A stretch of 64,000 nt of DNA, from positions 42,036,001-42,100,000 of the forward strand of contig NC_043003.1 in NCBI RefSeq assembly GCF_006345805.1, read 5' to 3'. The DNA is from Octopus sinensis. Its lineage: Eukaryota. The position numbers and the translations under genes were made by a program. The notes beneath the pieces were generated by a model. It searched no databases, was not told where the DNA came from, and saw only the letters and a program-made list of their open reading frames with translations. Shown piece after piece: positions 1 to 13,354 of this stretch (positions within the stretch are counted from its first letter, which is position 1; each line of letters begins with the position of its first letter).

Positions 1-284
1 ACGTGTAGCTTAGATGAAGGAGGCAACAAATAATTACATGGGGTAAGGAAGTAGTGGTAGTTTCATGTAGGATGTGACTCTGGATATAGGAATATCTATG
101 AATATCATATGGATGGTTTGGTCCTTTTGAATAGGGTAAGTGGGCAGGATTGAGAAAACAGTAGGAAATGGAGGGGGTGATTTTGGTATCTTCATTACTG
201 TTGTACATACATCCGTTCAGTTTTGTAAACTGGGTGGGAGCTATCCCTTGTCGGAAAGAGCATTGCCGATTTCTTCCAAAGAAA

Positions 285-306
285 AATGGAAGTAGTAGTG
301 GTAGTA

Positions 307-394
<88 letters not shown>

Positions 395-751
395 AAACGG
401 CAACAACAGCGGCAGCAAAAAGGTGACAGGAAAGAAAGATGAAGAAAATTATGGTTAAGAATGAAAATAGAGAAGAACAGAATTCGAGAGCAGAAACAAT
501 AAGAACAACTACAACAATTACAACAATAACAACAACAACAATAATGACATGAAGTGCAAGGTGAAGAGAAACGTATAAATAACAAAAAATAAAAATAAAT
601 AAAAAAAAACAAAATATAAAAATAGAAGTACATTTGAAAAAGAATGGTAATCAAGAATATCCTTTAAAGCTTGTTTGAATGCCACGAAATTCGAGTCGAA
701 GAATATTATAAAGATTAACCGTCTTTACATTATGACTAAGTCTTTTGCTGC

Positions 752-782
<31 letters not shown>

Positions 783-1557
783 CGTTGTCATTGTTAATAC
801 TAATGTTATAAATATTCTTGTTATTGTTGTTGCTGTCGTTGTTGTTGTCAGACGGTTTACATTCTTCTTGATGCTGATACGACGTACTCAAGAATTTTCC
901 TTTTCGTTGTTATTGCGATCGCTGTTGCCAATGAGTTTGGCTCTCTTTCCTTTTATATTTCTGTGAATATTTTCCCCGTCTTCGGAATGTCTTTTTTATA
1001 TTTATTTCATATAGCTTTTTACCCTTTTGTTTACTTATTTATTTATTTATTTATTTAATTATAATTCGAATTTTTGTTAATTTTGTTCTTACTGTTACTC
1101 ATTTCCTTGTTGTTGTTTCTGTTCTAGTTGCTGTTGTTTAGTTATATTTTTCGTTCTGTTCTACCTGTTGTTGTTGTATTGTTACTTTTCTATTATCCGT
1201 TGTTCTTGCTGTTATGCTTTTTTCCTCTTGGTTCTATTATTGTCATTGCTATACCTGTATATGACATTATATTGTTGATTCCATTTTGCTGGCGAATTTC
1301 CTTTGACAAGATTCCTTTTCTTCTCTTTATGATAGTTTCCCATTTTAAAAAAATTTTTTTACTTTTCTTTTAAAATGCTTATTGTTTGTTTTCAGTAGCT
1401 GATGATGTTCTTGTTGTGGGGTTGGTTTTGACGTTACAGTTTTTGTTGTTGTATAACCCTGAGTGTGATCAAGCTAAGCAGTTTTATAATCAAAGACATT
1501 CCATTGGGGATTAACTTGCCTTTTCTTCTAGGCATTATCTATCTTTACATGTTCACC

Positions 1558-1611
<54 letters not shown>

Positions 1612-3265
1612 TTTGTAATAGGTTTTGTTTTACAAGGTGTGATTTTCGGAGATTCCACTGCAACTTTGAGCACCTTCAACAGTCAATTACAAAGACCCTT
1701 TCCTGGTTCGATGAACCCCATTTTTGGCTCTGGATTCTATTATAAGATGATGTTGATTTTGTTATTCTTGTTGTTCTTCTCCTTCTATTATCTTTCTTTC
1801 TCATCTTCCCTCTCCTCCACCGATTTCTCCACCTCCTCAACTTTCTCTTATTCCCCCTTCACCTCCCACTTCCTCCTCCTCCTTCCCCTCTTTCGCCTCT
1901 TCCTCTTTCGCTACTTCCTCTTTCGCTTCCTCCTCTTTCGCCTCCTTCTTCTGGGTTTTCGTCTTTTCGTGGTTGTTTTAGAATTTCCTCCTCGTTACTG
2001 TTGTTGTTATTGGTGTGGTTATTTGAAATACAAGAGCAAGTCGTACTGAACGACCTCGAGTTAAGCGCCAACATCACTTGAGTGTCTCCAGTTTCGTAGC
2101 TCGTGTTCGGTTTAGCATTACATTCTAAGAATAAGAATAAAGTACAATATAAATGGTGGAGAAGCGACGATGGCAGTGGAGACAGCGGCGGCGGAGGCGG
2201 CAGTCGTGTTGGTCGTGGTGTTGATGTTGCTGTTGTTGTTGTTAGTGTAGAGGTGTTGGTGATGTTAATCCTGGTGGTGACGATGGCGGCGGCGATGATA
2301 GTGGTGTCAGTGAGAGTGATGATGGCGGTTCGGGGTGTTAGTGGTGTTGGTGTTGGTGGTGTTGGTGTTGGTGGTGGTGGTCGTAGTGGTGGTGATGGTG
2401 TTGGTGTTGGTGGTGTTGGTGGTAGTGTTGGGGTGGTGGTGGTGGTGGTGGTGGTTGTGGTGGTGGTTGGTGGTGGTGGTGGTGGTGGTATTGATGTTGA
2501 TGACGATGACGACAGTGCGTGAAGAATGGCGATGTCTCTGGTGCCGTTGGTTGTAGCTTCATTGAAAAACATGGCGCTGGTGGTTATGTTAGCGACTTTG
2601 ACGCAAGTTGAAGAACTGATGACGGTGGTAGCTGTAGAACCATTTTTTGGCGATGGTGTTCAGGGTATTATTGGCGGTGGTAGTGCTAATGATGATGGTA
2701 GTAATTTGTAAATTTTATGGACGGTACAATGGTATAGACAGATGTGTTTTCGTTGTTGTTTAACGTCATGTTAAGCGTAATGAAGCGTACATGTGATCAA
2801 AGACGTTCCAAAAGTGACCGTCCTATTTTATTTCTGTGTGCAAGGAAAGTAGGACCACGTTAAAAAATTTCTCTTTTTCTAGAACGTTAGAGTGTGTTCT
2901 AAGGGAGATTCAGCATCTATCTGTTTCATATGATGGTGCTGGCGCGGCGGTGATGGTGGTGGATATGGTGAATGTGGCGGTAGCAGTGGCGGCTGTGTTG
3001 GCGGCAAGGTTGACGGCAGTGGTGGCGGCGTTGGTAGTGGTGGTGACAGTGCCTGTGGTGTAGGTGGGTGCTGTGGTAGGTGAGGTGGTTGGTCAGGCAG
3101 TGGGAGTTTCGATGGTAGTGATAGTTGCAGTTGGGATAGTAGTGATAGTCGTGGAGGTGGTTGCGGTTTGTAGTAACGGTTGCAGTGATGGCTGTGTCGG
3201 GGCGATGGTGGTGGTGACAGTAGGAAGGATACGTGTAGGTGGTAGTATTGGAATGTCCAAATAAC
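285..3265. repeat. Low-complexity region of pure and degenerate trinucleotide arrays: (AGT)n, (TTG)n, (TTA)n, (GGT)n
   Basis: (AGT)n ~291-393, (TTG)n ~745-780, (TTA)n ~1560-1608, degenerate (GGT)n ~2200-2500 and 2935-3260. The ORFs here translate to homopolymeric S/L/V/T/P runs. Confidence 0.9.
1859..2572 (-). CDS. Possible Thr/Pro-rich low-complexity coding segment (unverified)
   Basis: 237-aa ORF, and the frame stays open upstream to about 2660. Mostly degenerate (ACC)n, with a non-repetitive stretch (ECNAKPNTSYETGDTQVMLALNSRSFSTTCSCIS). No recognisable domain. Confidence 0.15.
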   Translation of the reverse strand: MFFNEATTNGTRDIAILHALSSSSSTSIPPPPPPPTTTTTTTTTTTTPTLPPTPPTPTPSPPLRPPPPTPTPPTPTPLTPRTAIITLTDTTIIAAAIVTTRINITNTSTLTTTTATSTPRPTRLPPPPPLSPLPSSLLHHLYCTLFLFLECNAKPNTSYETGDTQVMLALNSRSFSTTCSCISNNHTNNNNSNEEEILKQPRKDENPEEGGERGGSERGSSERGRGERGEGGGGSGR

Positions 3266-3631
3266 TACTCAGCAGTCGTTGGAAACCACATGAACACGAA
3301 ATGTTGCCAAGATGCTACGAAAAAAGAACAGGTTTAAGACACGAGGTAATGACAAAATGCCAAACTTGTGTTTGAAGTATTTAGCACACAACATATAAAA
3401 AATTACTGGAAATATCTAATAGCCTATTGAAAAATCAAAAATCAAGCTATGACAAGTTCACAGTAAAAGAAGATAATTCAATCACATGAAATTAAAGAGA
3501 CAGCAGTCCCGAAAAATAAAAAAAAAGTAAAGCTCAAATATACCTTTAATAGGGGAAAATACAGAAGAAGACAAACATCTTTCCGAGAAAGATAGAAGGG
3601 AATAAAATGTGCTGCATATGCTCATATTGTT

Positions 3632-3783
3632 AGGCGGTAAAGTTATTGTTCTCTTTCCAACCACATGGTTCCGTGTTCACTCCCACAGCGTGATAACTTT
3701 GAAAATTGTCTTCTACGATAGCCTCGGGGTGGCCAATGCCTTCTGAATGAATTTGGTAGATAGAAACACAAAGAAGTCTATAG
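3632..3783 (+). mobile_element. SINE family A (tRNA-derived head, CORE-like body), degenerate
   Basis: Matches the in-window family motif CCAACCACATGGTTCC...GTCTTCTAC.ATAGCCTCGGG...GAATTTGGTAGA also seen at 18172, 21290, 42628 and 44255. Confidence 0.8.
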
Positions 3784-4194
3784 TATACACACACGCACAC
3801 ACACACGGAAACTCACACCAACACACACACTCACACTCACACTCACACACAAGACGCTGGTACATGAGAAACCACGACAAAATAAAACGAGAAAACTGAT
3901 GCAACAAGTGGAATAAGAAGACGAAAAACGGAAAAGCGAATGCAAATAAAAGACAGAAAATAGAGTTACGTCTCCTTTGACCGCAGAAATCATAAATCAT
4001 AAAGTTGAAATCATAAATCATAAAAGTAGTGCTAAGTTTGCGAGACAGCTGCTCAGTCGGGAGAGAGGGGTATCTTCCATTTCGTGAAAAGATATTTGTT
4101 CAGCTGAAAATTTCTGATCTGCAATTAAACAGTTTGGCAGAATACTTAGATTTAAAAAGAATGTGCAAACTATAACCAAGTTGCACAAACTTTA

Positions 4195-4460
4195 ACAGGG
4201 ATGCATAAGTTTCATCTCTAAGATCCATTTACATATGGCAAAGATTTGTTAACGTATGGTGTTTGAAGACCAACTGCACACCACATACAATGAAATGGAG
4301 AAATCCATGCCATATGCAAATTGATCAAAGAGTTGCAATATATGCGTAACTGAAAGAACACATATTTTGTACCAGTGAAATAGAAACAAACTACTTTGCC
4401 CAGAGCCTAGGAATTGTCCGTAGACACAAAGCGTGTTATAAAAATCTGCCTATTGAAACC
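4195..4460 (+). pseudogene. Possible highly decayed RTE-like LINE RT C-terminal remnant
   Basis: Stop-ridden translation DPFTY...ELSVDTKRVIKICLL weakly resembles the post-RT region of RTE ORFs (judged by eye). Confidence 0.2.
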
Positions 4461-4575
4461 ACGTGTTTCAATCGCAAGAAACTATTGATAGGTCTTACTT
4501 TAGTAGTGTACATTTGTATATTAAATGTTACACACACGTATGCATGTGTATATGTATAAATATATTCATAAGAGG

Positions 4576-4646
<71 letters not shown>

Positions 4647-4679
4647 TTATAAATGAATACACACCATATACCTATATGT

Positions 4680-4880
4680 GGGTGTGTCAGTGATTGTCCC
4701 CTATCACCGCTAATCTACCGGTGATAGTTTGTTTACGTCTCAATAAGTTAGCGATTCGGCAAAAGATGCTATTAAAATTAGTACAACGCTTGAAAAGAAA
4801 TATTTCCTTTTGTCGAATCGTTCGCCTAAAAATATATCGGATTGCATGGCCACGGTTTAATGACTGAAACAAGTAAAAGT
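4680..4880 (+). mobile_element. SINE family A 3' module (follows a microsatellite)
   Basis: TTGTCCCC.ATCACCGCT...TTAGCGATTCGGCAAAAGA...CATGGCCACGG...ATGACTGAAACAAG; same module in reverse at 21085-21270 and 43900-44110. Confidence 0.75.
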
Positions 4881-5519
4881 TATAAGACAAAAATGAAACC
4901 CATAAAGGAAAATTGACTGAGGGAAGATGTTCTGAGCAAGACATAAATAAAAGTAAATCAAATAAGCGATTTACACGGTGGTTTACATGGTGACTCTTTA
5001 CACGGGAAATTTAACCACAAGTAAGGTGTCACTAATAATAAACAGGTATATCAAAAATGTAAGAAATAAATGCCAAACGATTTTGCAGATACAAACAAAG
5101 CAAATAATAATAATAAGAAAACAATTTTAATTAAATGTGGAATAGGCATTAAATTTGGGTTTGAAAAATAGCGATGTCAACCTTCAGAGAAAACTTAATT
5201 AGAAATACTAATGCTAATACTAAGTTAGATAAAGAAATGGAGATAAGAGAATTAGAGCAGTCACATGCTAATGTACGCTTGGAAATTAATTAACTGAATG
5301 GTATACAGTACAAACAAATGAAAAAATTAAAGGTAGGGATGAAAGCATAGTCGCCTCAGAGAAACATTTGAAAAAGAGCTTGGAGCTAAAGCTTTGTTAA
5401 GAAAAACGAATAGTGTTACATTCAGTTACGGGATAGAGTTCTATCAAAAATATGAAGTGATTAAGAACAAAATAAATAACTGCTAAATATGTGGAATAAT
5501 TATTGGTTTCGGATTTTGG

Positions 5520-5710
5520 TACAAGACCAGGGATCTTGGTGAGAGGAGGTAAGTCAATTACATCGTTCCCAGTGTTCAACTGGTAACTATTTTATCGACC
5601 CCGAAAGGATAAAAGGCAAAGTCGACCCTGGCAGCATTTGAACTCTGAACATAAATTTGGAAGAAATGTTGCTAAGCATTTGTTCCGGCGTGATAATTAT
5701 TCTGCCTACC
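5520..5710 (-). mobile_element. SINE family B (tRNA-like head, CCTTTCATCCTTTCGGGGTCGAT core)
   Basis: TCGACCCCGAAAGGATAAAAGGCAAAGTCGACC...ATTTGAACTC, the reverse complement of the family seen intact at 46069. Confidence 0.85.
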
Positions 5711-6429
5711 CAAATAAAATGGAATGAATATTAAGCTGTGAGTTATAATCCGATTATCTCTGGCTGTCAAGACTTAGTGAAAAGAGGGTAAGACATACAG
5801 ACTTTGCAAAGTTCTTACGATAATATTAGGATTAAAGAAAAACCAAGAGATGTAACGTAGAATAAACAATACCAACCAAGAGGCTAAATGATGAAATGTA
5901 ATGTCGACCACTGCGGAATTTGAACCCAGAACGTAAAGAGCAAAGAGAATGTCGCTGAATTTGTCCAAGATGTCCAAAACTGATAATACTTTCTATCTTA
6001 ACCACTAATGGCTCATCTAAACATTGGGAACGGTGCAATTCAATGTGGGGTTACATAAAGGAGCGAATACAAATGAAATACACTTTAATAATAACTAATT
6101 TCCCAAAAGAATGATACTTCATAGGGCTACCCATGGAAAACCCACACCTCCTCGATTGCCCAGACATTGGGGTAAGTAGCCTCTCCTAATCATTTTCTTT
6201 TAATCTAGAGACCCATGCTTAGAGTAGGCCCATTTACTCGGACCACCCTTGCCACATTCAAACACTTTTGAACAAATTTACTGAAGAACAGTAATTTCCC
6301 ATCTACCCTCATTTTCCTTTTCAAGTGAAACTTTAAAAAGTTGATGAGGTCTGATGAACAATATAAGCTTTTTCGTTAGGCAGATAAACACTTTACTATT
6401 CTCGGCGAAAGGAAGTCGACGGGACGCTT

Positions 6430-6835
6430 TTCACAGTGGACTCAGCCGATAACCAAACTCGTAGTACACGTGACGGCATGTTGTCTAAATAAATCCACGA
6501 TTCAGTAGTGATCAAGCACTTGACGTGTTTCATTGCTCGGTACGCATTTCAGACAGGCCCAACTTAGAGAACTACCATCCCTGAAGAGTTTATCGCGAAA
6601 AGACAATTTCTTCCTTCCCTCACACCGTCAACAGTGTCAGATCAACGATTTCAAAAACATTTCCATGCTTCCGGCGCATGATCTCCCGAAAGAAGACAAC
6701 CAGCTGATTCTCGTCGACTCTCACAGTTTCCCCAAGAACGCCGTCGCTCTTGCCTACCACTAAACCTTTCTATAGAGTGGAACTTCCATCGAACGTACAG
6801 CCCAGCTGCCAGAGAACTGGGCGTCTCAGCTCTTT
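6430..6835 (+). repeat. Unclassified dispersed repeat (homologue at ~49450-49830)
   Basis: Shared collinear blocks ACTCAG..GATAACCAAA...GTACACGTGACGGCA, CAAG.ACT.GACGTG, TTTCAT...GCAT.TCAGA, CA.AGTTTCCC and AGAGAACTG. Confidence 0.6.
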
Positions 6836-7959
6836 TTCACCCGTATTTCTGGACAAAACTAAAGCCTGAGTAATTTAACCGGGCTGTCTGTCCAGCCTCT
6901 GACTACGTTATTGGATAGTATGGACTTACCACACTAAATGCCCAGCTGCAAGCTCATTGACTTTTCTTGGTTAATTTTTCTATTCGTATCCTTTTAGAGT
7001 GTTGCCGTTTAGGTGCATACACCTGGTGTTCGACACAGCAATCGCATATGCCGAAATAATAATAATAACTCCTTTCAGGTTTAGGCACAAAATCTGAAAT
7101 TTGGGGGGACGCTGTTTGATTTTTTTTTACCCCTTCCGTCTTTTTTCATCTATTAACTCTTCCTTTCTCGTTGATATGCTGTGACGGAGAAAGACACAAG
7201 AGTATTATTATAGTAGATGATTACGTAAAAAAGCACATGTCTTAAATTTCTCGGGAGGGCATAACTGTTTAAAAGACTAACAAGTATTTCAATGGTAATT
7301 ATTTCCTCGACTTAGGAACGCTAAAAGTCAATATCGATCTCGACCAGATTTGAATGCAAAAAGTAAATTACCGTGTGAAACACTAGTGGATTATTTGCTT
7401 GATGCTGTAACGACTGACTAATACACAACATTGAAAATAATATCATTAGCGATAATATTGGTTATTTTTCCCGAGTCGCCTAGATGTATCGCTTCCGAAA
7501 TTTTTGGAAATAAAATCATAATGTATGTAGCATGAAATGTGTGAGCGTGTATCTGTGTGTATGGAGAGTGCATGTACACAAGCGTATAAAGCATTACACA
7601 ATTTTAATCAAAATAAACAATATACAATCATTGCATATATATATATATGCTATATCCGTATAGTCAATTCATTGGAGGAGAGCCTAAAGTACTCTTCGGT
7701 TCAATGACATCAATCATATGTATTTGAAGTGGATAGTTTTATTACCAACTGACATTATCTGGCGGATAATCTAACTAATGGTCAATTTAAAAAAGAGGTT
7801 GAAAGGAAAATGGAAGCGAATTATACTCGAAGAAGTATTTCAGACGGAAATTTAATGACATTAAAAAAAAAAAAATGAAGTGTTTCCTGATTAATTTGAA
7901 AATAGTCTGACAAATATCGATAATTGGCAGCACCCATACACTCATATATATATATAATA

Positions 7960-8026
<67 letters not shown>

Positions 8027-8505
8027 ATATATATACATTATATATATATATACATATATATATGTATGTGTGTATGCATGTATGTATGTATGTAAGAGAA
8101 TAAAATCAGGTAATCAGCAGAAAATTAAAATTTCTGGGTAATTTATATATTAAATTAATAATTATATATATATATATATAATTATATTAAGGGAGCAGGA
8201 CTTAAATAAATGCCGAGGCATTAAGAAACTACCGAAAATCCCCAAACAGACAGGTTGTTGTCGGGCGAGCGAAAAATACTAAAGTGGACTTCAGGAAAGG
8301 CGATTTTGATCAGGAGTAAAAATATATTATTTTATTTATTTATTTAGCCGTAATAGATTAGAAGGATAAAATTTCGTTAAAAAATTTTTATCAGGTAGTC
8401 AACATGAAATAAAAATTGATAGCTTATTTATATATTAAATTACTAATTATATATACATATATATGTATATATTATATATAATATATATATTATATATATA
8501 TATAT

Positions 8506-9820
8506 GACGTCTAACACAGCTCTTACACCACATTGAAGATGTACTCAAAGCCTGGGAACAGGTTCGAACTCTGACGTCATATACCTTGACTTCAGTTAAA
8601 GCGTTCGACAGGGTAGACCATAACATCTACTCTCAAAATTGGCAAATGTTGGAATCCGTGGAAAAGTTCTACACTGGATTCAGTATTTCCTAGCGAATAG
8701 AAACACAACATGTTGTAGTTGATGGAGTCCACTCAAAACCAGCAAAAGTCACCAGCGGTGTTCCCCAGGGAACTGTTTTGGTCCGCTACTCTTCATAATT
8801 TATGTAAACGACCTTTCCAGTGTCGTACATCACTGCAAAGTGAAATATTCGCTGATGACACTAAGCTCCAGCAAATCATCAATGAAGAAGCAGACCGATC
8901 AACTCCAGTCTGACCTATATGCTGTGAGTCAATGGGCAGACAGAAACAAAATGCAACTGAATGAGGGAAAATTTGAGCTGATGCATTTTGGAAGATATTC
9001 CTCACTAAAACAACCATACTCTCTTCCTTCAGGGGAACCGCTCACAGCCTCTAACAATACCAGAGATCTGGGTTGTATTGTTTGAGGACGATCTCAGTTG
9101 GAGTGCACACATCAACAAGAAGGTCGATACAGCTCGTAGGATGAGTTCCTGGATCTTAAGAACTTCCGGTCCAGAGAACAAGGTGTCATCATACCACTTT
9201 TTTCATCCTTTGTACGGCCACACCTTGAATACTGCTGCCCACTGTGGTCTCCTCACACAAGACAAAACATCTCCAGAATTGAGTCCCCAAGAGGGCTCTC
9301 ACTAAACAAATTGAAGGCATGGCTGCTCTCGACTATTGGGGTCGCCTTAAAGCCTTGAAACTTTACTCCCTCCAGCGTCGCCGTGAGCGTACATCATTTG
9401 TACGATGTGGAAAATATACCGCCAACTTTGCCCAAACGACCTAAACTTAGCTTTCAAGGTTCATCCGAGACTTGGACACAGGCTATACGTCCCCTGCCAA
9501 ATTCAAGATCACAACATACATGTACACTGCAACATAATTTTCTTTTCCTCAACAGGCCCTGCCCTATTAACATTGTCCCGAGGGAGATCAAAGAGGAGGA
9601 AAGGATCCCATCAACTTCAAACAGAGTCTGGATAGATTCCTTCAAAGAATACCAGATAAGCCACCCATAATTGGATACAACTCACCCAACAAGAACTCAC
9701 TACTTGAACAAAACTTGACTTAAACAGGATTCGAATAATCCTATCAGGTGGTGCTATTAAGTTAGACATGGCCTGGACCAATCTCTGGTCGAAACATATC
9801 TAAGTTTTATCTAAGTTTTA
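8506..9820 (+). mobile_element. 5'-truncated CR1/Jockey-group LINE: degenerate RT, 3' stem-loop and tandem-repeat tail
   Basis: Frameshifted RT motifs DVIYLDF-KAFDRVDH, SGVPQGTVL-PLLFIIYVNDL, IFADDTKL, LQSDL..VSQWA..NKMQLN..KF, DLSWSAHI. Hairpin GACCA-ATCTC-TGGTC at 9776-9790. Tail (ATCTAAGTTTT)x2 at 9798-9819. (TA)n on both sides. Confidence 0.93.
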
Positions 9821-10019
9821 TATATATATATTCCTCTCGTTCTGGTCTAATGCCCCTCCATATTTGTTTCCGTTCGGTTTCATTGCATGTCTCCACAGTC
9901 CTGTTTTTGTTTTCCCAACTTTTAAACTCTATAAATCCTAAATTTTATTTTGGAATTTATGGGACCAACTGTCTTTGAAGACTCATAAATAATATCTATC
10001 AGAAGCTACATAATGACTA

Positions 10020-10175
10020 AAAGCCTTCTTTCACTTTCTGACTACCAAATCCACACAGAAGGTTGTGGTTGGCACGGGGTTGTGGTAGAATACACGTACA
10101 CAAAGTGTCACGCAATGGGACTGAACTCGGAAGCATGTGGTGGAAAAGCTAGCTTCCTACTACCCAGCCACGCCT
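10020..10175 (-). mobile_element. SINE family A head/body
   Basis: CTACCAAATCCAC...GGGACTGAACTCGGAAGCATGTGG, reverse of the family A motif. Confidence 0.75.
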
Positions 10176-10374
10176 GTATGTGTTTGTGAGTGTGTGGGGG
10201 TGGGGGTGGGGGTGCTCGCGCAGGTGTGTGTGTTGTCCCCTACTACCGCTTCATAATCTGTGATAGTTTGTCCGCAGAACGTATATGATAAGTACATGCG
10301 TATTGAGAAAGGAATAAAAATGCAATAAAAATGCAAGCTTACAACAAGAAGCAAAGTAAACAAAATTTCACATT

Positions 10375-10515
10375 AATACTGGCTTCAATGCCAGTAAGTA
10401 CAGGGTAAGAGGTACGTCGATCGCATCGATCCCAGAGCTCAACCGACACTCATCTTATCCATCCGGAAGGGGAATTTTAACTCAGAACGCTAAGCATTTA
10501 TCCTGGAGCAGTAGC
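10375..10515 (-). mobile_element. SINE family B, internally deleted
   Basis: GTCGATCGCATCGATCCCAG...GGAATTTTAACTCAGAACG.TAAGCATTT. Confidence 0.65.
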
Positions 10516-10570
10516 AATTCTATCAACTTAGCATCTTAACTTTACATTAACATTAAAATCGTTGTCAAAG

Positions 10571-10745
10571 AGTGAGCTGGTGCAATCGTTAGCATGTTGG
10601 GTAAAATGCTTAGCGGCATTTCATATGGCTTTACGTTCTGAGTTCAAATTCCGTCTTTCAGTGTCAATAAGATAAGTACCAACTGAGCAGTGAGGTAAAC
10701 GCTAATTTTTCCCACAAAATTTCAGACATTGTGCCTCTAGTAGAA
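10571..10745 (+). mobile_element. SINE family B, internally deleted, head-to-head with the previous copy
   Basis: GAGCTGG...CGTTAGCA...AAATGCTTAGCGGCATTTC...TTACGTTCTGAGTTCAAATTCCG...ATAAGTACCA. Confidence 0.75.
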
Positions 10746-11039
10746 AGGAAACTTACCGTCGTTACGCAAAATCATTATAATTTTGTGTTTGTCTGTTTGT
10801 GTGAATGATTATAAATACTAAAAAACAGGCAAAAAAAAAAAAAAACATACATGAGTACGATAGCAACGGTAAAAGAATTATAAATTTCACCGTTCGTTAA
10901 CTCTGAGTCTTTATTTGAACATGATTATTCAAAATTACGACCGATTTTTAATTTTTAACATTCTATCTTTAAAATTTAAAGAATTAATTTGAATACGCAA
11001 CAACGTGAAATTCGGAGTAAACATCTACAACAACACCAG

Positions 11040-11220
11040 TTCTTCCACTTTGGTACAGGACCAGCAGTTTTTATGGAAGGTTGAAGTCGATAACATCGAC
11101 TCTACAACTCGAACCTAACTTAGTTTTCGACCCCCAAGAAAGGAAAAGCAAATTCTACCTAGGCGCAATTACAGCTTAGAGCAAAGACGGAAATGTCGGC
11201 AAACATTTTCTCTAGCGTAT
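11040..11220 (-). mobile_element. SINE family B, degenerate
   Basis: AAGTCGATAACATCGAC...TTCGACCCC...AGGAAAAGCAAA. Confidence 0.55.
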
Positions 11221-11305
11221 TAAAGATTCTACTAGTGACGACGCCTTCAATATGGCGTTATAATAAAATCAATTTTATTTATGGAAGATTTGTTTTCGTC
11301 CGTTT

Positions 11306-11309
<4 letters not shown>

Positions 11310-11351
<42 letters not shown>

Positions 11352-11432
11352 AATATATATATTATAATATATTTATATATATTATATATATTATATATAT
11401 ATATATACATATATATATAATGCATGAAAACT

Positions 11433-11480
<48 letters not shown>

Positions 11481-11550
11481 AATATATATCTGTGTTTCCA
11501 TATCTATCGATCCATCCATTTTCTATCTATCTATCTATATCTATCTATCT

Positions 11551-11584
<34 letters not shown>

Positions 11585-11596
11585 AATACATATATG

Positions 11597-11675
<79 letters not shown>

Positions 11676-12035
11676 AGAGCGAGACAGACAGACAGACATC
11701 TATATATATGCATCTGTGTTTGCGTACCTCTTTATGCGTCTAAGTGTTTGAGAGTGACATGATGATGAGCAAGTAATGATAGGTGTACACCTATTTTAAC
11801 GTGTGCATTATGTAGGATTGCAGAATAATTGAAACGCCATTGTCCGTCCTGTAATTTACTGTCCAGACTAACTACATGGTGAAATTATACTGTAATATTA
11901 TCTGGGCAATTTGCGTCACGTGACAGAACGTGACTGCATGCATACATATATGCATGCGCATACACACACATGTATACATAGACGCATACATACTCGCAAA
12001 CATAACATATATATACATATATATTACATATATTT

Positions 12036-12067
<32 letters not shown>

Positions 12068-12358
12068 GTAGTATATATATAATAATATATGTCTCTATAC
12101 ATCTCAGATATATACTTACATTTACATGAATAAATGTATATAAGTAATATATCTGTAATATATCGTATACATATATATGATTGCATATATGATCTGTGCA
12201 TCTGGGTCTGTGTGTACATTATTTGTGGTGCATTAACATTGCATTTATTTTTTTCCTGTAATAATATGTCGTTGCTGACGATTATGTTTATATATACATT
12301 AGTATTTATATACATATATATATTTATTACATATATATTATATATATTATATATATAT

Positions 12359-12402
<44 letters not shown>

Positions 12403-12554
12403 TATATATATATATATATATATCTTATATATATATACATATATATATGTATGTATATATGTATGTATGTATGTATGTATATATATACATTTATGTAAAT
12501 TTTTACGTATGCATTTCTATAGTTTTGTATGTAAATATGTGGATATTAATATAT

Positions 12555-12588
<34 letters not shown>

Positions 12589-12790
12589 TCATACATATAC
12601 GTGTCAAAATGTCAATATGCGTATACAAATGTATACACACATATTCAGTTGTGCATGTGTGCCCGAAAAGTAGATGCTACATATAGTTTTTTCTTCGCAT
12701 CAAACAGACATAAACACGCACACACACTGGGACACTCGCGCATACATACACACGCATATATATATAGGTATATATATATATATATATAAA
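11310..12790. repeat. Compound microsatellites (AT)n, (CTAT)n, (AG)n, (ATGT)n
   Basis: Directly visible; the ORFs here are IY/LS/RE dipeptide repeats. Confidence 0.95.
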
Positions 12791-13259
12791 TATATGGAAG
12801 CTGAATATTATATTATGAATGTCTCCTCGCTATATCATTAGAATGCTACAAGTGAAGCTGTCACGACTGTGAATTGATGCAACACACAAATGATGATGGA
12901 TTACCGTTCGTGAACCTGACTTGAGACATTGTCTACGACATACACCAACTCTACACTGTAATCCTAGCACATATTTAATAGGCTATCATACATACAGAGC
13001 TGAATAATTCGTTGAAAGCATTATCTCATCTAGCATTATCTTCCCTCTTACTCCTCTTAATAATGTTGGCTTTTTTTTGTTGTTTCGTATTTTTTTTTTA
13101 TTCTTTTCTGCTTTTTAAGATAATTTCATTGCGATATTGTTAGTGCAATATGTATTTGTTGTAGAGTTAATTGTTGTAGTTGTTTTGGTGGTAGATATCT
13201 CGTGAGGATTTTGATATTGGTGGTAATTATTGGTGTTGTTATATATTATTGTTATTATG

Positions 13260-13262
13260 ATT

Positions 13263-13354
<92 letters not shown>

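Noticed and set aside
2615-2645. CTGATGA followed by a short helix
   Set aside because: No GAAA after the helix; embedded in degenerate trinucleotide repeat.
6575-6625. CTGAAGA...GAAAAGAC hammerhead-like string
   Set aside because: Stem II has only 1-2 pairs and there is no stem I complementarity.
12840-12975. Minus-strand defensin-like CRVGVCRRQC and vWA-like VELVYVVDN readings
   Set aside because: Two different 'hits' in overlapping frames, no start codon, weak acceptor; consistent with chance.
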